64,000 nt of DNA, taken from contig JAFWGN010000007.1 of NCBI GenBank assembly GCA_017515285.1, forward strand, positions 48,921 through 112,920, written 5' to 3'. Under the pieces are notes generated by a model that saw only the letters and a program-made list of their open reading frames with translations, was not told where the DNA came from and ran no database searches. Shown piece after piece: positions 55,228 through 63,998 of this stretch (position 1 is its first letter; each line of letters starts with the position of its first letter). The position numbers were made by a program, and so were the translations under genes. The DNA is from Candidatus Saccharimonadota bacterium. GTDB lineage: Bacteria > Patescibacteriota > Saccharimonadia > Saccharimonadales > Saccharimonadaceae.

Positions 55228-55416
55228 ATGGTGGAGAAGACATGGTGGCAATGGGTTATTCAGGTTATCGTTCCAGTGATACTGTTCCTATCGTATGGAA
55301 AAGTAAACGAGGAAGAGTTCAAGTCAAAACATCTTATCGCTAACTCAATCCTACGGATAGGAGTATACTACGTCTTTCATATGTACATAGACCTAGTGAG
55401 AAATGGCATTCTGTAA
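55228..55416 (+). CDS. Small membrane protein (62 aa, two predicted TM helices)
   Basis: MVEKTWWQWVIQVIVPVILFLSYG...; RBS aaaagagg. Length and hydropathy only. Confidence 0.4.
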   Translation: MVEKTWWQWVIQVIVPVILFLSYGKVNEEEFKSKHLIANSILRIGVYYVFHMYIDLVRNGIL

Positions 55417-55475
55417 GCACAACAAATTGTACCTTCGAGTAAGCGGATCGTTTTGTTCTGAAGGAGGTAGATATC

Positions 55476-55859
55476 ATGAATATTGTCAGAGTCAACGGTA
55501 AGCGTATCAACATCCCAAATGGTCATTCCGTGAGTATTATCAACGGCGACGTGTTCGTCGATGGTCGGCGCTATACCGACCGAAACGAAAGTCTCAAGCA
55601 GGTCAATATCGTCATCGAAGGCAGTTGCGATTCGCTCCAGGTAGATTCCTGTGATCAGGTTGAAGTCAAAGGCGATGTCCGCGGTGTTCTGAAAGCTGGC
55701 GGCAACGTTATTGTCCACGGCAACGCCCATAATAAGGTAGATGCCGGTGGCAATATCCTCTGCGGAGACGTCGGAGGCGACGTTGATGCGGGCGGAAGTG
55801 TAACCTGCGGAAATGTCTCCGGCTCTGTTGACGCCGGCGGATCTGTTATTCGTAGGTAA
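55476..55859 (+). CDS. Beta-helical repeat protein (bactofilin/DUF4097 LiaG-like repeats)
   Basis: Strong RBS gaaggagg. Tandem short repeats GDVxGxVDAGGSVxCGNVSGSVDAGGSV are typical of right-handed beta-helix stress proteins. Confidence 0.5.
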   Translation: MNIVRVNGKRINIPNGHSVSIINGDVFVDGRRYTDRNESLKQVNIVIEGSCDSLQVDSCDQVEVKGDVRGVLKAGGNVIVHGNAHNKVDAGGNILCGDVGGDVDAGGSVTCGNVSGSVDAGGSVIRR

Positions 55860-55866
55860 TCCTAAA

Positions 55867-55897
55867 CCCCAGTTTCCTTGGAGACTGGGGCGTTTTA
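55867..55897 (+). terminator. Rho-independent terminator after the beta-helical repeat gene
   Basis: CCCCAGU uuccuuggag ACUGGGG c GUUUUAU. Confidence 0.6.
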
Positions 55898-56042
55898 TAG
55901 TATTGACTTTTTAGTAAAGTTATGGCAAAATAATTTAGTTGGGTGGCGTTCTTTAGCATTTTTGTGAGTTTTAATGCATAGATACCACCTTTTCTTGTTT
56001 CCCCGAAACCATTTACTGTCTAGAATTAGGAGGTACGAAACT

Positions 56043-57731
56043 ATGACAATGGCAACTTTTCTCCCTCTTCTCCCTATCATTATTGGTGTAGTAATCATCG
56101 CGGCCGTCATTATCGCTCTCTTTGCGATGATCAAGACCGCCAACGGTAACGAAGCACTGGTCGTTTCCGGTGTTGGCGCTACCGACAAGGATGGCAATCC
56201 CACAATCAAGCGTGCTGGCGGGCGAGTCGTGGTTCCTTTCATCCAGAAAGCGAAGTATTTCGATCTCTGCGTCAGAACTGCAAAGGTTGAGGGTGACGTC
56301 ACGAAGACCCAAACTGGTGTACCGATTCAGATCGACTGGGCGGTGGCCTACAGCCCTGATACTACGTCGAACGAAAGTCTCCAACGTGCAGTCTGTAATT
56401 TCCTTGACAAGAACGATGAAGAATTGAAGCGCGTTATCCTCGATGTCGTTTCCGGCGGCGTGCGTGCCGTTATTGCGAAAATGACTCCCGAGGAAGTTAT
56501 GAATGGAAAGGATAAGCTCGACGATCAGGTCAAAGAGTCTATCGCGGCTCAGATGAAGGATCTCGGTTTCAATACAATCCTTTCTATCCATGAAGTCGAA
56601 GATGCTGACGGCAGTACATATTATCGGGATCTCGCCGCCAAGGATCGCGAAACCAAGCGTCGCGAAGCTGCGAATATTACGGCCGAGAACGACCAGCAGA
56701 TTCGCGAAACCCGCGCGGAAACCGACCGTATTGCTCAGGAAAAGGAGCTGGCGGCGCAGGTTATTGTTGCTGAAAAGCAGCGCGATACCGACGTTCGCAA
56801 GGCTCAGTTCCAGGCAGAAACTGCTCGTGAACAGGCCAAGTCTCAGATGGCTGGCGAACTTGAGAAGCAGGCGATTAACCAGCAGCTCGAGGAGAAGAAG
56901 GGTGCTGTCGCCGTAATGCAGGCTGAACAGGCAAATCTCGCCGCTCAGAAGCAGCAGGAAGTCGAAGTGACGAAGGCGGAGACCGCCAAGCGCACGACGA
57001 TTATCTCTGCGCAGGCTGAGGCCGAACGCAAGAAGGCGGAAGCCGCAGGTGACGCTGAGGCGCAGAAAGTCAGCGCCGCTGGTCAGGCGGAAGCCAAAAA
57101 GCTGACCGCTGCCGGCGAAGCCGAGGCGGCCGCCGTCAAGAAGACCCGCGAGGCTACGGCATCCGCCGAAGCCCGCAAGACCGAAGCTGAAGGTACTGCT
57201 ACCGCTCGTAAGACGGAAGCCGCCGCTGAAGCTGAGGCTGTAAAGGTTCAGGCCGAAGCCGAAGCCACCGCCGTTAAGGCGAAAGGTGAAGCAGAAGCCG
57301 CGGCCATCGCTGCAAAGGGTAAGGCCGAAGCTGAGGCTATCGAGGCCAAAGGTAAGGCGGAAGCCGAAGCGGCGCGTGCGCTCTCTGACGCTCAGGCAGC
57401 CAACGATAAGGTCAACTTCGAGCTGAAGAAGATCGAGATTGAGCAGAATACCCGCGTCCAGGTTGCGACGAACATCGCAACCGTCATGGCTGAAGTTGGT
57501 AAGAACGCCAGGTTCTACGATTTCGGCGGTGGCGCCAAGCAGGAAGGTGGCGGCGATTTGCTGACCAGCATCCTCGGACGCATTCCTCAGATTTTTGCCC
57601 AGGCGGATCTCCAAAATCAGGCGCTCAACGGCGAAGAAGTCACTGAGACTGTCAAGAAACTGGTTGCCGCCGTCGCAGACCCGATTAAGGGGCAGGGTTC
57701 GACTCCTGAAGCTGAAGCTCCGAAGGAATAA
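56043..57731 (+). CDS. Flotillin (SPFH/band-7 domain plus Glu/Ala-rich coiled-coil flotillin domain)
   Basis: N-terminal TM, an SPFH domain, and long EA-repeat coiled coil (AEAEAIEAKGKAEAEA...). RBS aggagg. The start was reassigned within the track ORF. Confidence 0.85.
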   Translation: MTMATFLPLLPIIIGVVIIAAVIIALFAMIKTANGNEALVVSGVGATDKDGNPTIKRAGGRVVVPFIQKAKYFDLCVRTAKVEGDVTKTQTGVPIQIDWAVAYSPDTTSNESLQRAVCNFLDKNDEELKRVILDVVSGGVRAVIAKMTPEEVMNGKDKLDDQVKESIAAQMKDLGFNTILSIHEVEDADGSTYYRDLAAKDRETKRREAANITAENDQQIRETRAETDRIAQEKELAAQVIVAEKQRDTDVRKAQFQAETAREQAKSQMAGELEKQAINQQLEEKKGAVAVMQAEQANLAAQKQQEVEVTKAETAKRTTIISAQAEAERKKAEAAGDAEAQKVSAAGQAEAKKLTAAGEAEAAAVKKTREATASAEARKTEAEGTATARKTEAAAEAEAVKVQAEAEATAVKAKGEAEAAAIAAKGKAEAEAIEAKGKAEAEAARALSDAQAANDKVNFELKKIEIEQNTRVQVATNIATVMAEVGKNARFYDFGGGAKQEGGGDLLTSILGRIPQIFAQADLQNQALNGEEVTETVKKLVAAVADPIKGQGSTPEAEAPKE

Positions 57732-57756
57732 TACGAAGCCCCTTAAAACTCACACC

Positions 57757-57790
57757 GCCCCCTCTTCGGAGGGGGCATTTTCTATTTTTA
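57757..57790 (+). terminator. Rho-independent terminator after flotillin
   Basis: GCCCCCUC uucg GAGGGGGC, then auuuucuauuuuu. Confidence 0.65.
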
Positions 57791-57825
57791 CCCATAGCAA
57801 CTAAAGTGCTTTTGTCAATATATTG

Positions 57826-58770
57826 TTATTGGGTTTTAATGGATTGGAGGACTTGGCGGGCTTCGGAGGTGGAATGACAGTCCATCAGTTTCGCGCGGAG
57901 GTCGGAGGCGCCGTCGTAGCCTTTAACGTAAATTTTGAAGTAGTGTTTTAGCGGTTCGAATGATTTATGTTGGTTCTTTTTATCGAATAAGTCAAGGTGG
58001 AGTTTCAAGAGGTTAAGGAGTTCTTCGTGAGTTGGTTCGTGGTTAGTGAAGCAATAGGGGTTTTCGAAGACGCCGCGGCCGATCATGAAGCCATTGACAC
58101 CGTAGGTGCGACAGAGTTCGGTGCCTTCCGCTGCGGTTTTGATGTCGCCGTTTACTAGGAGTTTGGTTTCGGGGGAGTATAGGTCTCTTAACGCGACGAT
58201 TTCGGGGATGAGTTCGAAGTGGGCGGGGACTTTGGACATTTCTTTTCGAGTTCGCAAATGGACGGTGAGGGCGGCGGGGTGTTCACTCAAGAGAGTCGGG
58301 AGCCAGGTTTTGTATTCTTCGACGAAAGAAAAACCGAGACGGGTTTTAATTGAAACCGGAAGACCGTTTGAGTTTCTGACGGCGTTTCTAAAACACTCGA
58401 CGGCGAGGTCGGGGGTGCGAATCATTTGAGCGCCGCCGCCGGCCTTGTTGACGTGTTTGTCGGGACAACCGAAGTTCAAATCGACGCCGGAAAAACCGAG
58501 GTCTTTTAAGGCCGCGACGGTTTTTCCGAAATGGTCCGGGTTTTTGCCCCAGATTTGGGCGATGATGGGGGAGTCGGTGGGGGCGATTTTTAGGCGCTCC
58601 AAAGCGTTCGCTCTTCCCTTTTCGCTGGCGTAGCTTGAGACGTTGGTGAACTCGGTAAAGAAGAGGTCGGGGCGGCCGGCGGTCGCGATGACTTGGCGAA
58701 AAACAACGTCCGTCACGCCTTCCATTGGTGCTAGAACAGAAATCGGCTTTTTTAACTCGGTCCAAATCAT
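57826..58770 (-). CDS. dus: tRNA-dihydrouridine synthase
   Basis: TIM-barrel Dus motifs (LAPMEGVTD; catalytic Cys in NFGCP). The start was set at the MIWTEL ATG preceded by TATAAT. Confidence 0.85.
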   Translation of the reverse strand: MIWTELKKPISVLAPMEGVTDVVFRQVIATAGRPDLFFTEFTNVSSYASEKGRANALERLKIAPTDSPIIAQIWGKNPDHFGKTVAALKDLGFSGVDLNFGCPDKHVNKAGGGAQMIRTPDLAVECFRNAVRNSNGLPVSIKTRLGFSFVEEYKTWLPTLLSEHPAALTVHLRTRKEMSKVPAHFELIPEIVALRDLYSPETKLLVNGDIKTAAEGTELCRTYGVNGFMIGRGVFENPYCFTNHEPTHEELLNLLKLHLDLFDKKNQHKSFEPLKHYFKIYVKGYDGASDLRAKLMDCHSTSEARQVLQSIKTQ

Positions 58771-58799
58771 TTTTGATATTATAACATAATACTCGCTTG

Positions 58800-58892
58800 C
58801 GGTCGATAGCTCGTTCGCCGACACGGGTCGCGCCCGCCCGCCGTCGCGGGGGTCGCGCCCTAATACTCGGCCGTAGCCTCCGTGTTGTCGGC
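58800..58892. repeat. GC-rich hairpin repeat (RPE-like), intergenic copy
   Basis: Aligns along its length to 49046-49120 (dnaX copy). It contains cccgccgtcgcggggg and shares taatactcggccgtagcctccgtgttg. Confidence 0.55.
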
Positions 58893-58894
58893 GA

Positions 58895-59052
58895 GACGAG
58901 ACTATCGAACCGCTCGCAACTTCCGTCGAGTCCTCTGAAGCCGTGAAAACAAATCAAACCAGACCCTCGATAAGACGAGACTATCGAACCGCTCGCAACT
59001 TCCGTCGAGTCCTCTGAAGCTGTGGAAACAAATCGAGCCCAGAATAAGCCAG
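58895..59052. repeat. Tandem direct repeat, 2 x 79 bp
   Basis: gacgagactatcgaaccgctcgcaacttccgtcgagtcctctgaagcYgtgRaaacaaatc... repeated with 3-4 mismatches. Confidence 0.8.
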
Positions 59053-59058
59053 AGCAGT

Positions 59059-59081
59059 AAAAACCCCGCTGGAGGGCGGGG
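59059..59081 (-). terminator. Rho-independent terminator (minus strand) downstream of the small ORF at 59109-59306
   Basis: Minus strand CCCCGC cctcca GCGGGG, then uuuuu. Confidence 0.5.
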
Positions 59082-59108
59082 TGGAGGTTAGTGGAGGTCA
59101 GTGGGGGG

Positions 59109-59306
59109 TTAGCCGGGAAGAAAACAACCAAGGAGGGATTCGAAGACGCCTTTTTTGGGCTCGTTTTCGATTTTGTTTTTTGCAAAATCGAAGAGGTCGG
59201 AGCTACTGCTTACATATTTTTCTTCGCCGGTGCGGTTGTCTTTGATGGTAAAACCATCGCTTGGAGTGTTTACACCGCAAATACGTTCAATCGCGTCGAT
59301 AAACAA
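59109..59306 (-). CDS. Small hypothetical protein (65 aa) with TTG start
   Basis: RBS AAGGTG 9 nt upstream of the TTG. A terminator lies about 25 nt after the stop. No homology recognised. Confidence 0.35.
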   Translation of the reverse strand: MFIDAIERICGVNTPSDGFTIKDNRTGEEKYVSSSSDLFDFAKNKIENEPKKGVFESLLGCFLPG

Positions 59307-59387
59307 TCATCTCATCACCTTTCTAACCAAAATTGAATGTGCGTTTGTCTCTAGGTTTTCCCCTTAAACCTGAAGAACAACGCTATT

Positions 59388-62300
59388 TTAGCGCTTTTCT
59401 GCAGTTTTTGCAAGCAAAAGCTCGATGAAGGCGCGGATTTGTTTGAGAGTGGCGTCTTTGTTTGGTTCGAGTTTGAGTTCGTCGTCTTCGAGGAAGGCGA
59501 GGGTGGTAGCCTCGAAGTAAACGGCGCGGGCGAGGGCTTTTAGTTCCGCTTCGTCGAAGTCTTTTTCGTAGTCGAAAACTTTGTCGTAAACTTTGCCGTC
59601 TTCGTCGGGGGTGACGAAGAGGATGTGACCCTTTGTTACCTTGTATTTCTTGAAACTTGGGCAGGATTCGAGCATTAACTTATAAAAGCCGAGCTGGAGG
59701 GAGTATTTATAGAGAGAGGAGACGGCGCCCCACTTTTTGGTTTGATATTTGCCGGTTTTGAAATCATAAATCTCGATTTCCTTTTTCTCTTCGTCAATCG
59801 CGATATGGTCGAGGACGCCCGTAACGGGGACGCCGGCGATTTCCGGATTTTCCGGGCGGAGAGAGACTTCGGCGCGGGCGGATTTATCACGGAGAATGTC
59901 CTTAAACGTGCCTAGCGAAATCTTGAGGGAGGCTTCGCCTTTTTCGAGAAGATATTTGATTGCTTTCGGCTCGAGGTTGGCTTTTTCCGCTTCTTCGCGG
60001 TAAAACTTTATCGCATCTTCATCGGAGAGGGGGGTGTCGGAGATAGTGGCGTTGGTGATTTTTTCGAAGACGGAGTGAATTAGAGTTCCGAAGACCATGT
60101 TTTCGGTTTCGGGTTCCCTGGGGGCGCGGAGAACCTTATCGTGGTAGAACGCGAGCGGACCGCCGTAGGAGAGGTCGATAAAGGTGGTCAAGTCGGAGGC
60201 GGTCAGACGGTAGTCTTTCATGCGCTCAAGGAGAAGCGGCTTCAAGGTCGGCGTTAGTTTCGTGTAGGCAGAGCGCCAGGATTTGCGGAGGTCGGTGGTT
60301 TCTTTTAGTTGTTCTAAATCTTCGTAGTGGGTCTTTACGGTGCCGATGAAGGGGGAGAGGATGGTGCCGTTTTCTTCGCGTTCCTCGAGGTAGTCGAGGC
60401 GAGCGGGGGTTTTGCCGGAGAAATCCTTGATGGAGTTGGTGAGAGTTAGATGGGTTTCGGCGCGGGTTAAGGCGACGAAGAAGAGGCGGAGGCGCTCGTC
60501 GTCGGTGGCGCCGGTGTGGCGGATTTGGAGGAGGTTTTTCGGGAGAACGAGCATATTATTGTTGCCCTTGGCGCGACCCCAACTTAAATTGTCGGTCGCG
60601 ACGAGGAAGACGTAACTGTATTCGAGGCCTTTGCTTTTGTGTGCGGTGACGATTTGGACGGCATCGTCGGAGTCGCGGTAGGGGGAGGTGTTGGTTAGCT
60701 CTGCTTTGGCGGCTTCGTAGTCGTCGAGGAGAGTGATTAAATCTTTCAGGCGCGGGTTTTCTTCTTTGGTGTGGCGGGTGATGGCGGATTTTAAGACGGA
60801 GAGGTTTTCGTAGAGTTCGAAGGTTTCGTATTCGCCGAGTTCGGCGTCGTAGTAACTGATATAGGGGGAGCGGAAATCTTGGCTGCTACGGAGGAGAGCG
60901 CCTTCCTTGGAGGTCGTTTCGGGGGTTTTGAGGTCGGCGGGGATTTCGACGGGGGCGGTGCCGACGAGGTAGTCGAGCATTAACTCGAGCGGAGTGTCGA
61001 AACTCAAGACGGCGAGTTGGGCCAAGAAGCGACCGATTTCGCGAAGTTCGCGGGAGTCGGACTTTACCAGAAAATCGATTGGGGCCTTTTTTTCGCGCTT
61101 GGCGGAATAGACGCAAGAGATGGCGGTCGAGGGGTCGAGTTTCCAGAACGGGAAGGAGAGGATTTCGAGGAGGCGGTTCGAGACGTTGCGGCCGCGTGAC
61201 AAGCCATCAACGAAGCGGGCAAGAGTGAGAAGTTGGGACAGGCGCGGGTCACTCAAGAGATTGTCCTTTTTTTCGTAGGCGATGTCGATTTTTTGTTCCT
61301 TCAAAAACGGGAGAATTGGGGCGATGTATTTGTGTTTCGGGGCGATGATGGCGATTTTGTGCGCCGGGATGCCTTTTTCGAGGAGGTGTTTGATTTCGGC
61401 GGCGACAAATTCGTATTCGGAGTCGGAAGTAAGAAATTCGTGACGCTCAATTGTGCCGCCGGGGCCTTTATGGGCCTTGAGATTCTTTTTTACGGATTGT
61501 TTTTTGGCGAAACTGTCTTCGATTTGGTCGGCGATTTTGCGGGAGAGGTCAAGGATTTCTTGGTTTGAGCGGTAGTTTTCTTCGAGGTTGATGACCTTGG
61601 CATTGTAGTAGTTCTTGAAAGTGAGGAGGTTTGAGGCGTCGGCGCCTTGGAACTCGAAAATGGCTTGGTCGTCGTCGCCCACGGCCATGACGTTTGGCGA
61701 TTCGTAATCCGTGAGGAGTTTGACGAGTTCGAATTGGGAGGGGTTGGTGTCTTGAAATTCGTCGAGGAGGATGTATTGGTATTTTTCGGTGAGAGTGAGG
61801 CGGAAGCCCTTGTCGGTTTTGAGGGTTTTGATGGCTTCTTCAATCATGTCGGAGAAGTCGAAAAGACCGTCCTTTTTTAAGCGGGTGTCGTATTCGGCTA
61901 AAATACTGGCGAGGGATTTTAGTTTTAAGTTTTGGATGCGGGTTTTGAGGCGGTAGTGGTTCTCGTCGTCTAGCTCGAAAGTGGCGTCTTTCCAAGAGGT
62001 GAGCGGGCGGATGCTCGGTTTTTCTTTCGCTAATTCGATTTCGAGGAGGCGGTTTAAGTCGCGGGCGAGGGAGTTCGCGAGGGGCTCGATGTCGCCGACG
62101 ATAGGGGTGTCGGAGGTGTGACTAATAAGTGTTTCGAGAAGGGGGCGGTAAACTCCGGCTACGGCGAGCTCGAATTTCATGCGGGGGACTAGGGCTTCGA
62201 GAATTGGGGAGAGTTCGCGGCGCAACTCTTCGGCGTCGCGGATGTTTCTTTCGGCGATTTTTTTAAGGTCGGCGCTCGTGAGGCGGGCGGATTTCGCGCT

Positions 62301-62732
62301 TCCGATTGTGCTGACGATGTCTTTGGTGGCGGCGGAGCGGAGAATATCGAGGGCGGGGAGCGATTCTTGAATTTCTTTGATGATTTTGAATTGAGTTACG
62401 CCGTCGATGGGGGAGTCGAGGTTGCGGTCGAAGGTCGTTGCGTAGTTTTTATAGGCGTTTAAGAGGTCGGAGCCGAAGGAATGGTAAGTGTGGATTTCGA
62501 GCTTTCGGGCAGCTTTGCCGACGGTCGAGAGCAATCTTTCACGCATATTTGAGGCGCCGTTTTCGGTGAAAGTGAGACAGAGGATGTTTTCCGGATTTGT
62601 GTCGGTGTTTTTTAAGATGTATTCGACGCGAGAAGACAAAAGGTGGGTTTTTCCGGTTCCGGGGCCGGCAAGAACGAGGAGCGGACCCTCGATAGTTTCT
62701 ACGGCTTCTTGTTGGCGCTGGTTTAGTGGCAT
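59388..62732 (-). CDS. UvrD/Rep-family helicase fused to C-terminal PD-(D/E)xK (RecB-type) nuclease, AddA-like
   Basis: Walker A LAGPGTGKT, helicase motifs (DEFQDTN; a VGDDDQAIF-type motif), and C-terminal GVLDHIAIDEEKKEIEIYDFKTGK (nuclease motifs). Confidence 0.85.
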   Translation of the reverse strand: MPLNQRQQEAVETIEGPLLVLAGPGTGKTHLLSSRVEYILKNTDTNPENILCLTFTENGASNMRERLLSTVGKAARKLEIHTYHSFGSDLLNAYKNYATTFDRNLDSPIDGVTQFKIIKEIQESLPALDILRSAATKDIVSTIGSAKSARLTSADLKKIAERNIRDAEELRRELSPILEALVPRMKFELAVAGVYRPLLETLISHTSDTPIVGDIEPLANSLARDLNRLLEIELAKEKPSIRPLTSWKDATFELDDENHYRLKTRIQNLKLKSLASILAEYDTRLKKDGLFDFSDMIEEAIKTLKTDKGFRLTLTEKYQYILLDEFQDTNPSQFELVKLLTDYESPNVMAVGDDDQAIFEFQGADASNLLTFKNYYNAKVINLEENYRSNQEILDLSRKIADQIEDSFAKKQSVKKNLKAHKGPGGTIERHEFLTSDSEYEFVAAEIKHLLEKGIPAHKIAIIAPKHKYIAPILPFLKEQKIDIAYEKKDNLLSDPRLSQLLTLARFVDGLSRGRNVSNRLLEILSFPFWKLDPSTAISCVYSAKREKKAPIDFLVKSDSRELREIGRFLAQLAVLSFDTPLELMLDYLVGTAPVEIPADLKTPETTSKEGALLRSSQDFRSPYISYYDAELGEYETFELYENLSVLKSAITRHTKEENPRLKDLITLLDDYEAAKAELTNTSPYRDSDDAVQIVTAHKSKGLEYSYVFLVATDNLSWGRAKGNNNMLVLPKNLLQIRHTGATDDERLRLFFVALTRAETHLTLTNSIKDFSGKTPARLDYLEEREENGTILSPFIGTVKTHYEDLEQLKETTDLRKSWRSAYTKLTPTLKPLLLERMKDYRLTASDLTTFIDLSYGGPLAFYHDKVLRAPREPETENMVFGTLIHSVFEKITNATISDTPLSDEDAIKFYREEAEKANLEPKAIKYLLEKGEASLKISLGTFKDILRDKSARAEVSLRPENPEIAGVPVTGVLDHIAIDEEKKEIEIYDFKTGKYQTKKWGAVSSLYKYSLQLGFYKLMLESCPSFKKYKVTKGHILFVTPDEDGKVYDKVFDYEKDFDEAELKALARAVYFEATTLAFLEDDELKLEPNKDATLKQIRAFIELLLAKTAEKR

Positions 62733-62751
62733 AGATTACCTCCTCTTTTAG

Positions 62752-63603
62752 TTAGTGTTTAGTGACGGATTTGATACGTTTGATGGCGTCTTTTAGGATT
62801 TCGTTCTCGCGGGGAATGAAAAGGTCGCGGCGCTCGAGTTCTTTAACGGCGGCGACACCTTCGACGGTGGTTTCTTTGAGGAAGTTTTTGACGAGGCGTT
62901 TTCTTTCGAGGTTGCCGCGGCGACCGCCGAGAAGAGTGCCGAAGCAGAAGTTGCGGGATTTTTCGCCACCGCAGGTCAAGACAAGGTCGCCAAGACCGGC
63001 GTTTTTACGGACGGTTTCGACAAAGCCGCCGTTTAAGAGTAAAAACCTTTCCGATTCCTTGGCGGCGCGGGCGACGAAATCCTTAAAATCGCGCGACCCG
63101 AAGGCGAGGTTTTGGCGGCCGGATTCGATGGCGTAGATGTTTTTAAGGCCGGAAAGGAGGGCGACGCCGAGCAAATCTTCGGTTTTGTCGAACTTTAGGT
63201 AACTTGTCTCTAATAAATCTTCGGAGAGGGTGGTTCCTTTTTCGGCGCCCCTGGCGGCGACGGTGAGGCGCGTGCGCTTGCGTTTTCTAATGTCGTCGGC
63301 GAAGCCGGGGCCGGAGATGAGCTCGAAATAGTCGAACTTTTCCCAGTATTTTAGGGTCATGATGCCTTTTGTCGCGATGAGCAAGGGTTTTTGGAACGCG
63401 GATTTCGGCATGAGTTTTATCAGAGCGGGGACGGAGGTCGAGGGGACGGCGAGGACGAGGATTTTGGCCCAGCGAGAAGTTTCTTCGAGGCTGATTGCGG
63501 GGTATTTATAGGGGTCAAAAAATTTGACGGTATGGCCGTTGTCGCGAAGAACACCAGCGATAGCGGCGCCGAACGACCCAGCGCCGAGGACTCCGATTTT
63601 CAT
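62752..63603 (-). CDS. gpsA: NAD(P)H-dependent glycerol-3-phosphate dehydrogenase
   Basis: MKIGVLGAGSFGAAIA (Rossmann) and ...ISGPGFA... . The start is at the internal ATG with TATACT 6 nt upstream. Confidence 0.9.
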   Translation of the reverse strand: MKIGVLGAGSFGAAIAGVLRDNGHTVKFFDPYKYPAISLEETSRWAKILVLAVPSTSVPALIKLMPKSAFQKPLLIATKGIMTLKYWEKFDYFELISGPGFADDIRKRKRTRLTVAARGAEKGTTLSEDLLETSYLKFDKTEDLLGVALLSGLKNIYAIESGRQNLAFGSRDFKDFVARAAKESERFLLLNGGFVETVRKNAGLGDLVLTCGGEKSRNFCFGTLLGGRRGNLERKRLVKNFLKETTVEGVAAVKELERRDLFIPRENEILKDAIKRIKSVTKH

Positions 63604-63748
63604 GTCTTTAGTATAGCACATTTCGCGGGAAAAGAAAGCGGAGGCGGGTTGAAGGTAATGACGCTATGGGCTACTTGTTTAAGTTTTTACTTTTATAACG
63701 TAAAAAGTTAGGTTTTGTGCGGAGTTTTTACGGTTATGGAGGTAAAAA

Positions 63749-63808
63749 CTTCCCTCGGCCCTAGGTCTCGCATAGAGGACTTGCATGGAGACCTAGGGCG
63801 GAAGGAAG
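63749..63808. repeat. Palindromic repeat family A, copy 3 (short 60-bp form)
   Basis: Same termini (cttccctcggccctaggtc ... gacctagggcggaaggaag) with an internal deletion relative to copies 1 and 2. Confidence 0.75.
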
Positions 63809-63826
63809 CGTGCGAAAAAAAATCTT

Positions 63827-63998
63827 GATAAGCCTTTTCTCGACGGGGTCGCCACCGTTGCTAGCGCGACATCGCCGCAGTCGTCAAAATAACCTTAACA
63901 GGCTGTTTCTCCGCGCGGAGACAAGCTCGTGCTCGAAACAGTGTCAAGGTTATTTTGACTGCTGGGCGTGGCTCCTTATTGTCTCGAAAAGGCTTATT
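63827..63998. repeat. Long imperfect palindromic repeat family B, copy b (reaches window end)
   Basis: Arms homologous to 44779-44956 and core identical to 26957-27029. Outer arms gataagcctt / aaggcttat pair with each other. Confidence 0.75.

Noticed and set aside
56013-57614. 533-aa minus-strand ORF antisense to flotillin
   Set aside because: It arises from the GAA/GCC-rich repeat coding of the Glu/Ala coiled coil. The translation is Leu/Arg/Gly low-complexity; flotillin on the plus strand has RBS, TM and SPFH domains.
58895-59052. Possible CRISPR array
   Set aside because: Only two 79-bp direct repeats with no interspersed unique spacers of regular size, and no cas genes in the window. 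It is a simple tandem duplication.
58388-59185. 265-aa Arg/Pro-rich ORF spanning the dus start and the repeat-rich spacer
   Set aside because: It reads through tandem repeats and GC hairpin elements. There is no RBS, extreme basic low complexity, and it overlaps the well-supported dus N-terminus.
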